Assembly (NCBI GenBank): GCA_016181005.1
Contig: JACPAE010000004.1
Coordinates: forward strand, 78,646-142,645
DNA from: Candidatus Aenigmatarchaeota archaeon
GTDB lineage: Archaea > Aenigmatarchaeota > Aenigmatarchaeia > CG10238-14 > SCSR01
DNA: 64,000 nt
Direction: 5' to 3'
Shown here: positions 47,347-57,747 of the stretch, piece by piece
Numbering within the stretch: the first letter of the stretch is position 1
Layout: every line of letters begins with the position of its first letter
Notes under the pieces: model-generated
The model's input: only the letters and a program-made list of their open reading frames with translations
The model's database searches: none
What the model was told of the DNA's origin: nothing
Program-made: the position numbers and the translations under genes

Positions 47347-47444
47347 TGGGATACACGCCTGTCCATAGTGCATTAGGGCTTTTCCGTTTGGCCATGAAAT
47401 ACAGGGGCGACAGATAGTAGCTATGACGGATGACATGACTAGTG
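47347..47444 (+). repeat. ~98-bp DGR leader, copy 2 (truncated; no TR or RT follows)
   Basis: Matches 37244-37342; ends at the stop codon of the convergent PGI/PMI gene. Confidence 0.92.
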
Positions 47445-48386
47445 AGTCGCGAGATAATCCTTGATGTGGTCAATCATGCTCGTCCCGTAAGGGTCTATGC
47501 TGTTCTTCTCGGCCATGTAGTAGGAGACAAAATCGCCTAAAATTATCATGTGCAGAATCCTTTCCAGCCTAGTCTCGCCCTCCCCAAACACTTCATGAAC
47601 ACCCGTCCTCTTGCTCAGCAGTTTCTTGTCCACGTCAAAGCTGTTCTTCACGTCCCTGTCCTCGTGCGATTCCCGCAGGAAAATCACCGAGAAGTTGCTG
47701 TCAAGCCTATGCCATGACTCGACGTCATTGTGGTGTATCTCCGGCAGTATCTCGTCCTTTGCCAGCAACTTGGAGTTCTCATTCAACTGCGTCTTGAACC
47801 TGAGTGCCGGGGACGGATAGTGGGACACTATAATCGGCATGGTTCCGTTGATTTTATCCACCAGCTGCTTGGCCTCGTTCTCTATCCTGTTCATGTTCTT
47901 CGACAAAGTCCTGAACTCCGGCACCTTTACAAGCTTCAGGCTTTCGAAAACCGACAAGGATGCGGCAAGCAGGTAAGGGAATGCGACCCTGGGCATCAGG
48001 CCCTCGTTGAGCTTGACGCAAGGCAGCTTCTTCTTCACTGCCAACTCCCTCATCTTTCCCCCTGACGTTATGCAGACTGTCTTGCACTTTCTCTTTACAG
48101 CCTGCTCCAGCTGCGCCAGAGTCTCCCATGTGTTGCCCGAATAACTGGCAGCTATCACAAGAGTGTTCGAGCCGGCATAACCCGGCAATTTGTGGTTCCT
48201 GGAGACCTCGATTGGCACGTGCAATGCGTCCTTGAAAGAATCCTTTATGACATCCCCGGATATGGCCGAGCCCCCCATGCCGCAAATGACTATGTTGCTG
48301 AACTGCCTATAGTCGGCAGGAAGCTTTACGTCAGAACTAAGAACGTCCTTGACATACTTGAGAGAATTTCTTATGTCCGCAAGCAT
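47439..48386 (-). CDS. Bifunctional phosphoglucose/phosphomannose isomerase
   Basis: GMGGS, SYSGNT.ET, MPR.A, QLNENSK, PE.HHN. Confidence 0.9.
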   Translation of the reverse strand: MLADIRNSLKYVKDVLSSDVKLPADYRQFSNIVICGMGGSAISGDVIKDSFKDALHVPIEVSRNHKLPGYAGSNTLVIAASYSGNTWETLAQLEQAVKRKCKTVCITSGGKMRELAVKKKLPCVKLNEGLMPRVAFPYLLAASLSVFESLKLVKVPEFRTLSKNMNRIENEAKQLVDKINGTMPIIVSHYPSPALRFKTQLNENSKLLAKDEILPEIHHNDVESWHRLDSNFSVIFLRESHEDRDVKNSFDVDKKLLSKRTGVHEVFGEGETRLERILHMIILGDFVSYYMAEKNSIDPYGTSMIDHIKDYLATH

Positions 48387-48435
48387 TAAATCTAATTACA
48401 AACGTATATTTTTAAAGAAAATGAGGTATAGTCTT

Positions 48436-48708
48436 ATGAAAAGAGTTTTTGCCAAGATTCATGGCATTGTCCAGCACGTTGGATTCAGGAATTTTGTCCG
48501 GGGAAATGCCAGAAAGCTCGGGATAACAGGCTGGGTCAAGAACAGCCTTGACGGAACCGTGGAGGCAGTCTTTGAAGGGGAGGAGCAGGCAGTATCCGAG
48601 CTGGTGGAGAAGTGCAAGCAGGGGCCTATGCTGGCCATGGTCGAGAAGGTCGAGGTAAGGGAGCACGAGCCCGTAAAAGAGTTCGAGGAATTCCTCGTAC
48701 TTAAATAA
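48436..48708 (+). CDS. acyP: Acylphosphatase
   Basis: G.VQ.VGFR, GWVKN..DG.VE. Confidence 0.9.
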   Translation: MKRVFAKIHGIVQHVGFRNFVRGNARKLGITGWVKNSLDGTVEAVFEGEEQAVSELVEKCKQGPMLAMVEKVEVREHEPVKEFEEFLVLK

Positions 48709-48771
48709 AAGCTTTTCCCTCCTCCTTTACACAGGTGTAACCTTTAAAAGCAGGCTTTCTTAAGTTATTTT

Positions 48772-49143
48772 ATGGCACAATCAAAGGGAAGATCCCTGGC
48801 CGGCCCAAAAGTCGGTGAGTGGTCGTTCCTTGTTGGAGTATTGCTAGCAATAGTTCTTGGGTTGTTCCCACAACCTGGATGGCAGTCTACGGTAACATTG
48901 GTCCTAGTGGTCCTAGGTATCATAGTTGCCCTGGTCAATGTCACGTCCAAGGAGACATCCACATTCCTTGTCGCTGCAATAGCATTGTTGGTGGCGGCAT
49001 CGGCAGGTGGGGCTGGAGGCTTTGGAAGTCTGCCAGTTGTAGGAGCATACTTGATAAACATCTTCGACAACTTGGTGGTGTTCGTCGCGCCTGCAGCTGT
49101 AATAGTAGGGCTCAAGGCGATCTATGCGCTAGCAAAGGACTAG
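48772..49143 (+). CDS. Hypothetical membrane protein
   Basis: Four TM segments, NVT.KE...FL, FVAPAA. Confidence 0.75.
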   Translation: MAQSKGRSLAGPKVGEWSFLVGVLLAIVLGLFPQPGWQSTVTLVLVVLGIIVALVNVTSKETSTFLVAAIALLVAASAGGAGGFGSLPVVGAYLINIFDNLVVFVAPAAVIVGLKAIYALAKD

Positions 49144-49265
49144 GCAAAGAATTAAACTTGTCTTTTCTTTGATTTTTTCTTTGCCCTTTCTTTTTTATAC
49201 AGCTTCTTGAGGGAATGTGTACCATTACAAATTTACATCAAAAGCTAAAATTCAAATAGTCTGTA

Positions 49266-50135
49266 ATGGTAAATAAAGATATGAGAATAATTAAAAGAAG
49301 GAAAGGCCGGATTGAATATTTCTACTTGCAGCACTCGTTCAGAGACAATGGAAAAGTCATCACGAAGGAGAAATATCTGGGAAAAGACATACCCAAAAAC
49401 ATCGAAGCCGTTAAAGAGAAATTTCAGCTAGAAGCCCAAAAAAATCTTTATGGAAAATTAGAAAGAGTAAAGGAGAACTTTCAGAAAGAATGGAGGAAAT
49501 ACCCCGAGTCTGCAAAAGAAAAAGAGCTGGAAGAAATAGCTATAGCCTTTACTTATAATACAAATGCGATAGAAGGTTCAACAATAACCCTTGAAGAGGC
49601 AAGAGAAATCATACACAACAAAGTCGCTCCAAACAAATCTTTGAAGGATATAAGGGAAACAGAGTCCCACGCCAAGGTTTTCTTTGACATGCTGAACAAG
49701 AAAGAGAAGATATCCAACGGGCTTCTATTGAGATGGCATAAAGAGATATTCGGTGAAACAAAGCCCGACATTGCAGGAAAATTTCGAAACTATCTTGTTA
49801 GAGTGGGAAATTACATAGCTCCAGACTGGCAAGATGTTGTGAAGCTAATGAATGAGCTTGTTAAGTTTGCCGAAGTCAAATTGAACCCAGTTGAACTTGC
49901 TGCAAGAGCACATTACAGGTTTGAAAAAATACATCCTTTTGGCGATGGGAATGGAAGAATTGGCAGATTGATAATGAACCGTATTTTATGGCACAGCGGT
50001 TATCCTATGATAATTATAGAATACAAAAAAAGGAAGTTCTACTATAAAGCTTTGCAAAAAGGAGAAGAAGGATTTTTAAATTATTTCATAAAAAAATATA
50101 TTCGTATTCATAAAAGACATCTTTATGGTGCATAA
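49266..50135 (+). CDS. Fic/DOC family protein
   Basis: TNAIEG and HPFGDGNGRIGR. Confidence 0.92.
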   Translation: MVNKDMRIIKRRKGRIEYFYLQHSFRDNGKVITKEKYLGKDIPKNIEAVKEKFQLEAQKNLYGKLERVKENFQKEWRKYPESAKEKELEEIAIAFTYNTNAIEGSTITLEEAREIIHNKVAPNKSLKDIRETESHAKVFFDMLNKKEKISNGLLLRWHKEIFGETKPDIAGKFRNYLVRVGNYIAPDWQDVVKLMNELVKFAEVKLNPVELAARAHYRFEKIHPFGDGNGRIGRLIMNRILWHSGYPMIIIEYKKRKFYYKALQKGEEGFLNYFIKKYIRIHKRHLYGA

Positions 50136-50167
50136 AGGTTTCTGACAATAAGCCAGTTTATCAGAAA

Positions 50168-50740
50168 TTACTTCTTACGCTTCTTCCCACCCTTCTTATA
50201 CAGCTTCTTGTAGCCTATCCAGACCACTATCAAAAGCTCAGCCAGAACTATAATGACTCTTAGGAGCTTGTCGGCGTCGCTAAAGTACCTGACAGTGGCG
50301 TAGAACAAGAGAAGTATCCCGCCGAACATCAGGCCTGTGCCAAGGAATTCAATGCCCCATAAGGTGCCGGCAAAGATGGCAATTACACCGATAGCGCCTG
50401 TTATTAGGAAAACATTTCTATTGTACTCCTTCGTTGCCTGGTCGAAATCCTTGTTGCAGGTGCTGCAGCTTTCGTAAATCGGGCAGCCGGATGAATAGTT
50501 GAAAACAGGCGTGGCACCTTCATTAATGCATTGCTGGTAGTCGGAGCTGTTCTGGTATTCGTATCCGCATTTATCGACAGGTTCTGGAAAAAGTGGAAAA
50601 GGACGAGCCTTGTTAAAGATGTCCTCGCAGAAATCGTTATAGTTTGGTTGCGGATATACCAACTCTGTCAACAGAGCTATGAAAACTGCGAAGAGAATGG
50701 CTACTGCAGCAGCGACTGCTATCTGCTTGAGGTCGACCAT
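50168..50740 (-). CDS. Hypothetical membrane protein with Cys-rich extracellular loop
   Basis: TM, loop with 6 Cys, then three TM segments. Confidence 0.75.
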   Translation of the reverse strand: MVDLKQIAVAAAVAILFAVFIALLTELVYPQPNYNDFCEDIFNKARPFPLFPEPVDKCGYEYQNSSDYQQCINEGATPVFNYSSGCPIYESCSTCNKDFDQATKEYNRNVFLITGAIGVIAIFAGTLWGIEFLGTGLMFGGILLLFYATVRYFSDADKLLRVIIVLAELLIVVWIGYKKLYKKGGKKRKK

Positions 50741-50824
50741 TAGAATAATTTGTTAGGAAGGATTAAAAGGATTTGGGTCTAGTAAACTCAAATTAACATT
50801 CTAAAAAGCAAATAACTAATTGGT

Positions 50825-51034
50825 TCACGTTCTTAGAGCATGTTTAACATCATCGCAAACACTATTAGGGACATTTGTGAAATGAGGCCTATAACCTTGA
50901 TAATGCGTAAGCCTTCTTAGAAGCCTACTTCCACTTAAAGGACCTTCACTATGGGTGCCAACTCTATAATAATATTCCATCGAACCTTTTTCCCTCGACC
51001 CTCTGATATAAACTATCTTTTCTGCAGTTTCCAT
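50825..51034 (-). CDS. Hypothetical protein
   Basis: 69-aa ORF with upstream TTTAAATA. Confidence 0.4.
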   Translation of the reverse strand: METAEKIVYIRGSREKGSMEYYYRVGTHSEGPLSGSRLLRRLTHYQGYRPHFTNVPNSVCDDVKHALRT

Positions 51035-51065
51035 ATCTAAAAATAGCTCAAAAAAGTATTTAAAT

Positions 51066-51350
51066 TTACTTGTTGACTTCCCTGTTCAGCTCCGCAGAAA
51101 TATAATGCCCACTCATGTTCAATTTGACCGACTTTACTCCAGGAATCTGCAGTACAACGCCCTTGATGTCATAAGCCATCTTTAATGCCAGCATAGGGGG
51201 GCAGTAGGGCGCTGTTAGATGAAAATCGATAGAAACTTCCCCGTCTTTAATCTCTACCTTGTCCACAAGCTCCATTTCAGTTATTGGTACACCTAACTCT
51301 GGATCCATTACTTTCTCCAACTCCTTCATGATAGTTTTTTTGTCTAGCAT
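51066..51350 (-). CDS. SufT/PaaD-like (DUF59) Fe-S assembly protein
   Basis: V.DPELG..I.E..LV, LTAPYCP. Confidence 0.88.
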   Translation of the reverse strand: MLDKKTIMKELEKVMDPELGVPITEMELVDKVEIKDGEVSIDFHLTAPYCPPMLALKMAYDIKGVVLQIPGVKSVKLNMSGHYISAELNREVNK

Positions 51351-51370
51351 CAGAAGTACCTCTTTTTATT

Positions 51371-51577
51371 TTACTCTAGCTTCCGTTCAAATTCTTCTCT
51401 AGAAAAATGTCTTCCTTTCTCAATCTTTTTTATTTTTCTGATGTAATCTGGTCTGACTTCGTAGATTTCAACATCAAGCGAAGTTAGGTTTTTTAACTGA
51501 GACTTCACTTCTTGCAAATCACTTCTGAGCAGGCCTATTTCTTTGGTGATCTGTTTAAATCTATCTCCAGCACTCAT
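51371..51577 (-). CDS. Small antitoxin-like protein without adjacent toxin
   Basis: EVRPDYIRKIKKIEKG...EEF tail. Confidence 0.5.
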   Translation of the reverse strand: MSAGDRFKQITKEIGLLRSDLQEVKSQLKNLTSLDVEIYEVRPDYIRKIKKIEKGRHFSREEFERKLE

Positions 51578-51710
51578 TTTATCACTAAAATCATTTAGTT
51601 GTTTTTGAACTTAAGTTGCACATTTGCTAGGATAATATAACCCTTACCACTACATCACAATTTTCTTAAGCACGACTTCTTATTTATACAGTCGGGACAA
51701 AATATTTATA

Positions 51711-51893
51711 ATGGCGAAAGTCCTGTCCTGGAAGGAGACAAAGCTCGAGAAATGCTATGAATGCGGCAAAGTTCTTCATCCGAAAAAGCAGGTCCATCTG
51801 CACAAGAGGCTGTTCTGTTGCGCAAAGTGTGCGGAGCACTACAAGAAGCACAAGGGAAAGAAAAAGAAAGCCGAGGTATGCGAGTTTTGTTGA
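51711..51893 (+). CDS. Small Cys-rich (TRASH-like) protein
   Basis: CYECG...FCCAKC...VCEFC. Confidence 0.7.
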   Translation: MAKVLSWKETKLEKCYECGKVLHPKKQVHLHKRLFCCAKCAEHYKKHKGKKKKAEVCEFC

Positions 51894-52588
51894 GAGCCAT
51901 GAAAGCTGCAATGATTTTGCTAGTTCTTCTGCTGTTGCCAGCAGCTGTCCTTGGGCACGAAGAAGTAGCTCATGAAGAATCAAACGACAGGATAGCCGAA
52001 GAAATAGTACATTTCTTGAACGTGCCGAAATACTGGCTTCTGGCGCCAATTGCCATAATCTCAGCATGCATCGCGGCGATAATATACGGGGAGACGCTGA
52101 GCGAAAACAAGCGAATAATAATTTTTTCTGTCATAGCAATATCGACTGTTTCGGCGACCGCATTTCTCGTTGGACAGACAATCTACATGAGCATGACGTC
52201 ATGGAGCAATGGGATAGTGCATTGGCATGCCGATTTTGAGCTTTGGATTTGCGGCGAGAAGCAAACATTGCCAGATCCTGCAGGGCTTGCAAACAGGGTG
52301 GGAACACAAGACGTGCACCATCACGGCGATTACAGGATTCACATAGAAGGCGTGATTGTTGACATGGAAGAGGCAACCTTGGGGCACTTTTTCGACGTTA
52401 TAGAAGTGCCGTTCAGCAACAGCCAGTTAATGGAAAAGAAGAACGGAGACTTTTGCCCGGACGGAAATCCGGGAATTGTCAGGATGTACGTTAACGGCAA
52501 GGACTATATCGGGGATTATCGAGACTATGTGATAGCGCCTTATTCAAATGTGCCGCCAGGGGATTTCATAAAAATAGTTTTCGGTTGA
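51878..52588 (+). CDS. Membrane-anchored His-motif protein (paralog A)
   Basis: TM segments, then HWHADF...HHHGD.RIHIE...TLG.FF. Confidence 0.7.
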   Translation: MRVLLRAMKAAMILLVLLLLPAAVLGHEEVAHEESNDRIAEEIVHFLNVPKYWLLAPIAIISACIAAIIYGETLSENKRIIIFSVIAISTVSATAFLVGQTIYMSMTSWSNGIVHWHADFELWICGEKQTLPDPAGLANRVGTQDVHHHGDYRIHIEGVIVDMEEATLGHFFDVIEVPFSNSQLMEKKNGDFCPDGNPGIVRMYVNGKDYIGDYRDYVIAPYSNVPPGDFIKIVFG

Positions 52589-52592
52589 TTTT

Positions 52593-53303
52593 ATGGCAGT
52601 TGAGACAGCATTACCGACACTGGGAATCGTGGTGACAACGGCTATTGTGGACTCTATCAATCCATGCGCCATAGGTGTCTTAATCGTCCTATTATCAGCT
52701 TTGCTGGTGCTCAGGGAAAGCAAGAAGAGGATGATTATTTTCGGCATTACTTACATAGCAGCAGTGTTCGTAGCCTACCTGCTTGCCGGGCTCGGCCTGA
52801 TATTCTTCCTACAGAGGATACCTCTTGCAATTGCCGAATACATATCAATAGCGGTCGCGTCCCTGCTGATGGTCGCTGGCCTGCTGGAGATAAAGGACTT
52901 TTTCTGGTACGGCCGGTGGTTTTCGCTCAGCATTTCCGGCGCCAATGCAAAAAGAATCGAGAGGTACGCGAAAAGAATTTCCCTCCCCAGCCTGATTTTC
53001 CTTGGATTTTTCGTGGCTGCAGTCGAGCTTCCGTGCACAGGCGGGCCCTATCTTGCAATCACGCTCCTGCTTTCCCAAAGCTTCAATGCCACGGCGTTCG
53101 CAATGCTAGTGTTATACAACATAATCTTCATTATTCCTCTAGTTGCAATTCTTGCGGTAGTAATGCTGGGCGCAAGGGTTGATGTTGTCAAAAAGTGGAA
53201 GCAAAGGACCAAGGCTTACATGCGGCTTGCAACAGGTCTGATATTAATCGTCCTTAGCTGGCTTTTGATACTGATTGCCAATGGCACGATAAACTTTGGA
53301 TAA
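52593..53303 (+). CDS. CcdA/DsbD-like transmembrane electron transporter
   Basis: DSINPCA and ELPCTGGPY. Confidence 0.8.
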   Translation: MAVETALPTLGIVVTTAIVDSINPCAIGVLIVLLSALLVLRESKKRMIIFGITYIAAVFVAYLLAGLGLIFFLQRIPLAIAEYISIAVASLLMVAGLLEIKDFFWYGRWFSLSISGANAKRIERYAKRISLPSLIFLGFFVAAVELPCTGGPYLAITLLLSQSFNATAFAMLVLYNIIFIIPLVAILAVVMLGARVDVVKKWKQRTKAYMRLATGLILIVLSWLLILIANGTINFG

Positions 53304-53320
53304 CCCTGCAAGAAAGTTGT

Positions 53321-53830
53321 CTACCTTTTTCTTTTCTGCCTTGTCAGGTACAAGACAAGTGTGATTATGAAAAGAACCCAGCCGAGAGCACCGACCAAAA
53401 ACAAAGTATTGTAATCGGCAAAATAACCCGGGTAGTAGTTTCCCATCATCCTCATCATCATAGGCATCATATTCACATTCATCATTCCAGATACAGTTCC
53501 GCACCCTAGCCAGTTCTTGCCCATAATAATGTGCATCTGTTTCAAGCTTTCAGACCCTTCGCCGCCCATCATTGCGTCCATCTGCTCATGAAGCTCATGG
53601 TCGCCAGCCATCTTCTCCATCACGGAATCACCAAGCCCTTCAAGTTCTTGGCCGGATACGTTATTGCAGCTCAGCTCTCCCACAGTGCTGACGCCCTGTT
53701 CCGCCATCATGCTTGCCATAATGTCGTTAACGTCGGCAGAGCTAGACGTCATGTGTGCATAAGAAAATGGTGCGATAACGCTGACTGCAAATATAAACAA
53801 AACTATCGTTTGCAGTTTCATATTTGACAA
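53321..53830 (-). CDS. Met-rich membrane-anchored protein
   Basis: Signal peptide, HEQMDAMMGGEGS...MH, poly-Met stretch, C-terminal TM. Confidence 0.7.
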   Translation of the reverse strand: MSNMKLQTIVLFIFAVSVIAPFSYAHMTSSSADVNDIMASMMAEQGVSTVGELSCNNVSGQELEGLGDSVMEKMAGDHELHEQMDAMMGGEGSESLKQMHIIMGKNWLGCGTVSGMMNVNMMPMMMRMMGNYYPGYFADYNTLFLVGALGWVLFIITLVLYLTRQKRKR

Positions 53831-53851
53831 TTCAAACTCATAGCTTAAATA

Positions 53852-55918
53852 CTATTTTATCCTAGGTTTATAGCCCCTCATCAACAGAGAATTCCCGACA
53901 ACAGAAAATGAGCTGAACGCCATCGCAGCCCCCGCGATGATGGGCGACAGCAGCAAGCCGAAGAAAGGATATAACAACCCGGCGGCTATCGGTATTCCGA
54001 CTGTGTTGTATGCAAATGCCCAAAATAAGTTCTGCTTTATCTTCCGAACAGTATACCTGCTCAAATCTATGGACGTAATTACATCTCTTATATCACTTTT
54101 GATAAGAACAATCTTTCCTGTCTCAAGTGCAACATCTGTACCGGAACCTATTGCAATTCCTAGATGCGCCTGAGCCAGCATGGGCGCGTCATTAATGCCG
54201 TCCCCTACGGTTGCAACTACTTTTTTCTTCCTCTGGAGTTCTTTCACTTTCTCCGCCTTCTCTTCCGGCAAAACTTGAGCCATAACGTTTTCGATTCCAA
54301 GTTGTTTGGCAATAGTTTTAGCAGTTCTTTCGTTATCCCCCGTAATCATCCAAACTTCTATTCCCATTCTCTTCAGCTGTTCAATTGCTTCTTTGGAAAA
54401 TTCCTTCAAAGTATCAGCGACCGCAATTAAACCAATGGCCTCCCCACCATATGCAACTGCAACTGCAGTTTTGCCCTCGTTTTCTAATTTCTGAAGTTCA
54501 GACTCAAACTTTGTCACGTCAACCTTGTTTTCTTTCAAGAAAGTTCTGGTTCCCACAAGAATTTGTTTTTTCAGGTATGTTGCCTTAATTCCTTTACCTG
54601 AAACCGCTTCGTATTTTTCCGCGCTTGGTATCCTAGTCTTCATTTCCCTAGCCTTTTGTACAATCGCCTGCCCTATTGGATGTTCAGAGCCAGCTTCAGC
54701 GACAGACGCCAGCCTGAGAACCTCGTCTTCCTTAACATTAGACAAACGAACTATATCCGTGACAACTGGCTGACCTTTTGTCAACGTCCCAGTTTTATCA
54801 AGAACAATGGTATCAATTTTGTGTGCAACCTCTAAAGCTTCTCCGCCCTTTATTAAAATTCCATTCTTGGCTCCCAAGCCTGTGCCAACTAAAATTGCTG
54901 TTGGTGTCGCAATTCCCAAGGCGCATGGACATGCAATTATCAGAACTGTGATGAAGATTGTTAAAGCAAAAATGAAACTTTGCCCCAGAATATACCATAA
55001 AATACCGGATAATATCGCAACGGCGATGACGCTAGGCGTGAAAATAGCCGAGACTTTATCAGCCAGCCTCTGGATAGGCGCCCTTCCTGTCTGAGCTTCT
55101 TGCACAACCTTGATTATCTGTTGCAATACAGTGTCGCTACCTATTTTTGTGGCCTTGAATTTGACCAGTCCCGTCTTGTTGATAGTAGAGCCTATGACTT
55201 CGTCGCCGACCCTTTTTGTAACAGGCAATGACTCTCCCGTAATCATGCTCTCATCAACAGACGATTCTCCTTCAACAACCACACCGTCAACAGGAAACTT
55301 TTCACCCGGCCTAACAGCGATTATGTCACCAATCTGAAGCTCCTCTATAGGAATCTCGACCTCTCTCTTGTTCTTGATAACCATTGCAGTTTTAGGCTGC
55401 AGTCCCATCAGCGCCTTGATGGATTCGGAAGCCTTGGCTTTTGCAGATTCCTCCAAGAACTTTCCCAACAATATTAGAGCTATTATGATCACAGAAGCGT
55501 CAAAATAAGTCTCGCCAATAAATGTTTCTGGAAAGAATGTTACAAGAGTGCTGTATAGCCAGGCCGCAGAAGTGCCTGTTGCAATCAGCGTGTCCATGTT
55601 GGCGATTCTGGCTCTCAAACCGTCCCATGCGCCTTTGTAGAATCTCCAGCCTGCATAGAACTGGACTGGCGTAGCCAGAAGTAACAAAATCAAATTGTTG
55701 TTCGGCAGCTTGTAAAAGAAAGAAAGGACAACGACCGGTATAGCTATCAAGCCGCTGAATATGGCAAGGAACCGCAGTTTCTTAAGCTCGACCTCAGGAG
55801 ATTCATAAGTTTTCAGGCAGACTTCGCTGCAAAAGTAGATTGTTTTGCCGTCGACTTGCTTCTTGTAGACTGCATTCTTCTCATCCACGTGCATGCCACA
55901 GACAGTGTCTATCGCCAT
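53852..55918 (-). CDS. copA: P1B-type Cu(I)-translocating ATPase with N-terminal YHS domain
   Basis: TGES, CPC, DKTGT, SEHP, GDGIND, YN, MAFSS. Confidence 0.92.
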   Translation of the reverse strand: MAIDTVCGMHVDEKNAVYKKQVDGKTIYFCSEVCLKTYESPEVELKKLRFLAIFSGLIAIPVVVLSFFYKLPNNNLILLLLATPVQFYAGWRFYKGAWDGLRARIANMDTLIATGTSAAWLYSTLVTFFPETFIGETYFDASVIIIALILLGKFLEESAKAKASESIKALMGLQPKTAMVIKNKREVEIPIEELQIGDIIAVRPGEKFPVDGVVVEGESSVDESMITGESLPVTKRVGDEVIGSTINKTGLVKFKATKIGSDTVLQQIIKVVQEAQTGRAPIQRLADKVSAIFTPSVIAVAILSGILWYILGQSFIFALTIFITVLIIACPCALGIATPTAILVGTGLGAKNGILIKGGEALEVAHKIDTIVLDKTGTLTKGQPVVTDIVRLSNVKEDEVLRLASVAEAGSEHPIGQAIVQKAREMKTRIPSAEKYEAVSGKGIKATYLKKQILVGTRTFLKENKVDVTKFESELQKLENEGKTAVAVAYGGEAIGLIAVADTLKEFSKEAIEQLKRMGIEVWMITGDNERTAKTIAKQLGIENVMAQVLPEEKAEKVKELQRKKKVVATVGDGINDAPMLAQAHLGIAIGSGTDVALETGKIVLIKSDIRDVITSIDLSRYTVRKIKQNLFWAFAYNTVGIPIAAGLLYPFFGLLLSPIIAGAAMAFSSFSVVGNSLLMRGYKPRIK

Positions 55919-55933
55919 AATTAATTATAAATT

Positions 55934-56071
55934 TTATTTAACAAATTTATTAGGATCTATCATGAATTCAGCTTGACAATTGCTACTGCAGAAATAATAG
56001 GTTTTGCCTTTATGTTGAGCTTTAATTTTACCTTCATTAATTTCCATTTTGCAAATAGGGTCCATGGCCAT
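55934..56071 (-). CDS. YHS domain protein
   Basis: DPICKM...YYFCS..C...F..DP. Confidence 0.85.
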   Translation of the reverse strand: MAMDPICKMEINEGKIKAQHKGKTYYFCSSNCQAEFMIDPNKFVK

Positions 56072-56094
56072 AACAATCCATTGAAGTTTAAAGT

Positions 56095-56937
56095 TCATTT
56101 TGGGAAAAGCAAGATCACAAATTCCTTTACGAATATTGACGAAAGAAACAAATAAAGACCAACTAAAATCAAAATTACTGCACTCCATTTCCTTATCTTT
56201 GGTGTAATATTAGTCAACTTTTCTATAGTTTCCCTCTTTACTAAACCAACAAGGAAAGATAATACTATCATTAGAAAAGCCATTGTTAGTGAAAAAACAA
56301 TGAAAGCGGTTAATGCAGATATAAAACCACCTGTACTGAAAGCAAATAGTATTAGCCCAGCAAGTATAGGACCTACACATCCAATTCCAATTATATTATA
56401 AGCAAAACCATAGGTGAATGCTTTAGCTGATGAATTCTGTCGAATAATCAGTCTATTGCTATACTCAGCTATTCTGTGAAAGAATCCTAATCCAGTGAAA
56501 TATTGTGAGAATCCAAATAAGATTAAAACAGAACCTACAACTCCTCTGAAGATTCTAACATACAAGTTTGGCTGGTCTGTTGATAATGCAAACGATTTAG
56601 CAAAGTTTTCGCCTAAAATTCCGATCAAACTCCCGAAGATAATGTTAAAAACAATTATACCTAACGCTGTTAGTACACCATAATAAACTATTTTGGATAT
56701 ACCCTTTCTTCTTGCACCATAAAAGCTAGTTAAATAAGCCGGTAATACAGGAAATGAACAGGGATTAAAAAATGTAGCAATTCCAGCAACAATAGCTAAA
56801 AATAACAAGCTGTATACCTCAAAAGTTTTGGTAACAGTAATAACAAAATATCTGAATGTTAAATAACCAAATAAAATAACAAAAGCTAGCAAAATTAAAC
56901 TTATCAGTAAACTAAAATTTTGAGTTCTATTTTTCAT
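56095..56937 (-). CDS. CcdA-like membrane protein
   Basis: FFNPCSFPVLP and GCVGP. Confidence 0.8.
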   Translation of the reverse strand: MKNRTQNFSLLISLILLAFVILFGYLTFRYFVITVTKTFEVYSLLFLAIVAGIATFFNPCSFPVLPAYLTSFYGARRKGISKIVYYGVLTALGIIVFNIIFGSLIGILGENFAKSFALSTDQPNLYVRIFRGVVGSVLILFGFSQYFTGLGFFHRIAEYSNRLIIRQNSSAKAFTYGFAYNIIGIGCVGPILAGLILFAFSTGGFISALTAFIVFSLTMAFLMIVLSFLVGLVKRETIEKLTNITPKIRKWSAVILILVGLYLFLSSIFVKEFVILLFPK

Positions 56938-57371
56938 CTTATCACAATTCGGATTTTATTTAATAACAAACCATAAGACAACAAAATTGTTGCAAAAGAA
57001 ATTGCTATTACTCCTAAAGAATTTATAACATACATTCCCAAATAAAAGAGACTTCCGCCTATTATCATTAACAAAAAAGAAAGTTTATTTCTATAAGCAC
57101 CAATTGCTGCTAAAATTATTGATAATATCAAAATTATTGGACCATAAGGAGGAGTACCTAGTGTTATCCAAAAGTTTAACAAGTATCCTAAAGGTGAATT
57201 ATCAACAACTCCTAAAGTTTGACTCGACGCCATAATACCTGTATGAGAAAGTGTTTGTGATCCTATAAGAATTGTTATCGGAAGGAGAGGAACTATAACC
57301 ATACCCGAGCAACTTACAAACCCTACTCCACCTAATGCACTAAAATATTTTCTTAGATTTTTTACCATCAT
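56934..57371 (-). CDS. Hypothetical membrane protein
   Basis: Hydrophobic, in operon. Confidence 0.55.
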   Translation of the reverse strand: MMVKNLRKYFSALGGVGFVSCSGMVIVPLLPITILIGSQTLSHTGIMASSQTLGVVDNSPLGYLLNFWITLGTPPYGPIILILSIILAAIGAYRNKLSFLLMIIGGSLFYLGMYVINSLGVIAISFATILLSYGLLLNKIRIVIR

Positions 57372-57413
57372 TTTACTCGCAACCGAATTAATTTTACATA
57401 TCCCCAGTTTTCA

Positions 57414-57710
57414 TTATCTACCACACAAATATTTACAGTATTTGTTAGTGTGTTTATCGATTAATTTCAATAGAGGCAATATAGTTTCTTTGTTTAGGGA
57501 ATAGATACTGTGTTTACCTTTTCTAGTATTATGGACAAATCTACATGTTGTTAGGCGTTTCAGACTTTTAGAAATAGTTGTCTGATCATAACCTAGTTCA
57601 TTAGTTAGTTGCGTAACATTCTTAGGTTTCTTCATTAAGGCATGCAGTATTTCTAGTCTAATTTCGTTGCTCAATGTACCAAAGAATAGTGCATATGGCA
57701 TTTTAGTCAT
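57414..57710 (-). CDS. ArsR/SmtB family regulator
   Basis: wHTH QTTISKSLKRL..C.FV; C-terminal H...YC..LC. Confidence 0.88.
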   Translation of the reverse strand: MTKMPYALFFGTLSNEIRLEILHALMKKPKNVTQLTNELGYDQTTISKSLKRLTTCRFVHNTRKGKHSIYSLNKETILPLLKLIDKHTNKYCKYLCGR

Positions 57711-57728
57711 ATGATATATTTGCCATAT
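57709..57728. promoter_or_regulatory. Putative ArsR operator ATATG-N10-CATAT
   Basis: Same position and length as 30112-30131. Confidence 0.5.
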
Positions 57729-57747
57729 TTAGTATTTAAGTTTAACT

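Noticed and set aside
47105..47473. 122-aa minus-strand ORF over the leader copy (also 37405-37656 over the TR)
   Set aside because: Antisense shadow ORFs; the indel between leader copies breaks the frame, so the leader is non-coding
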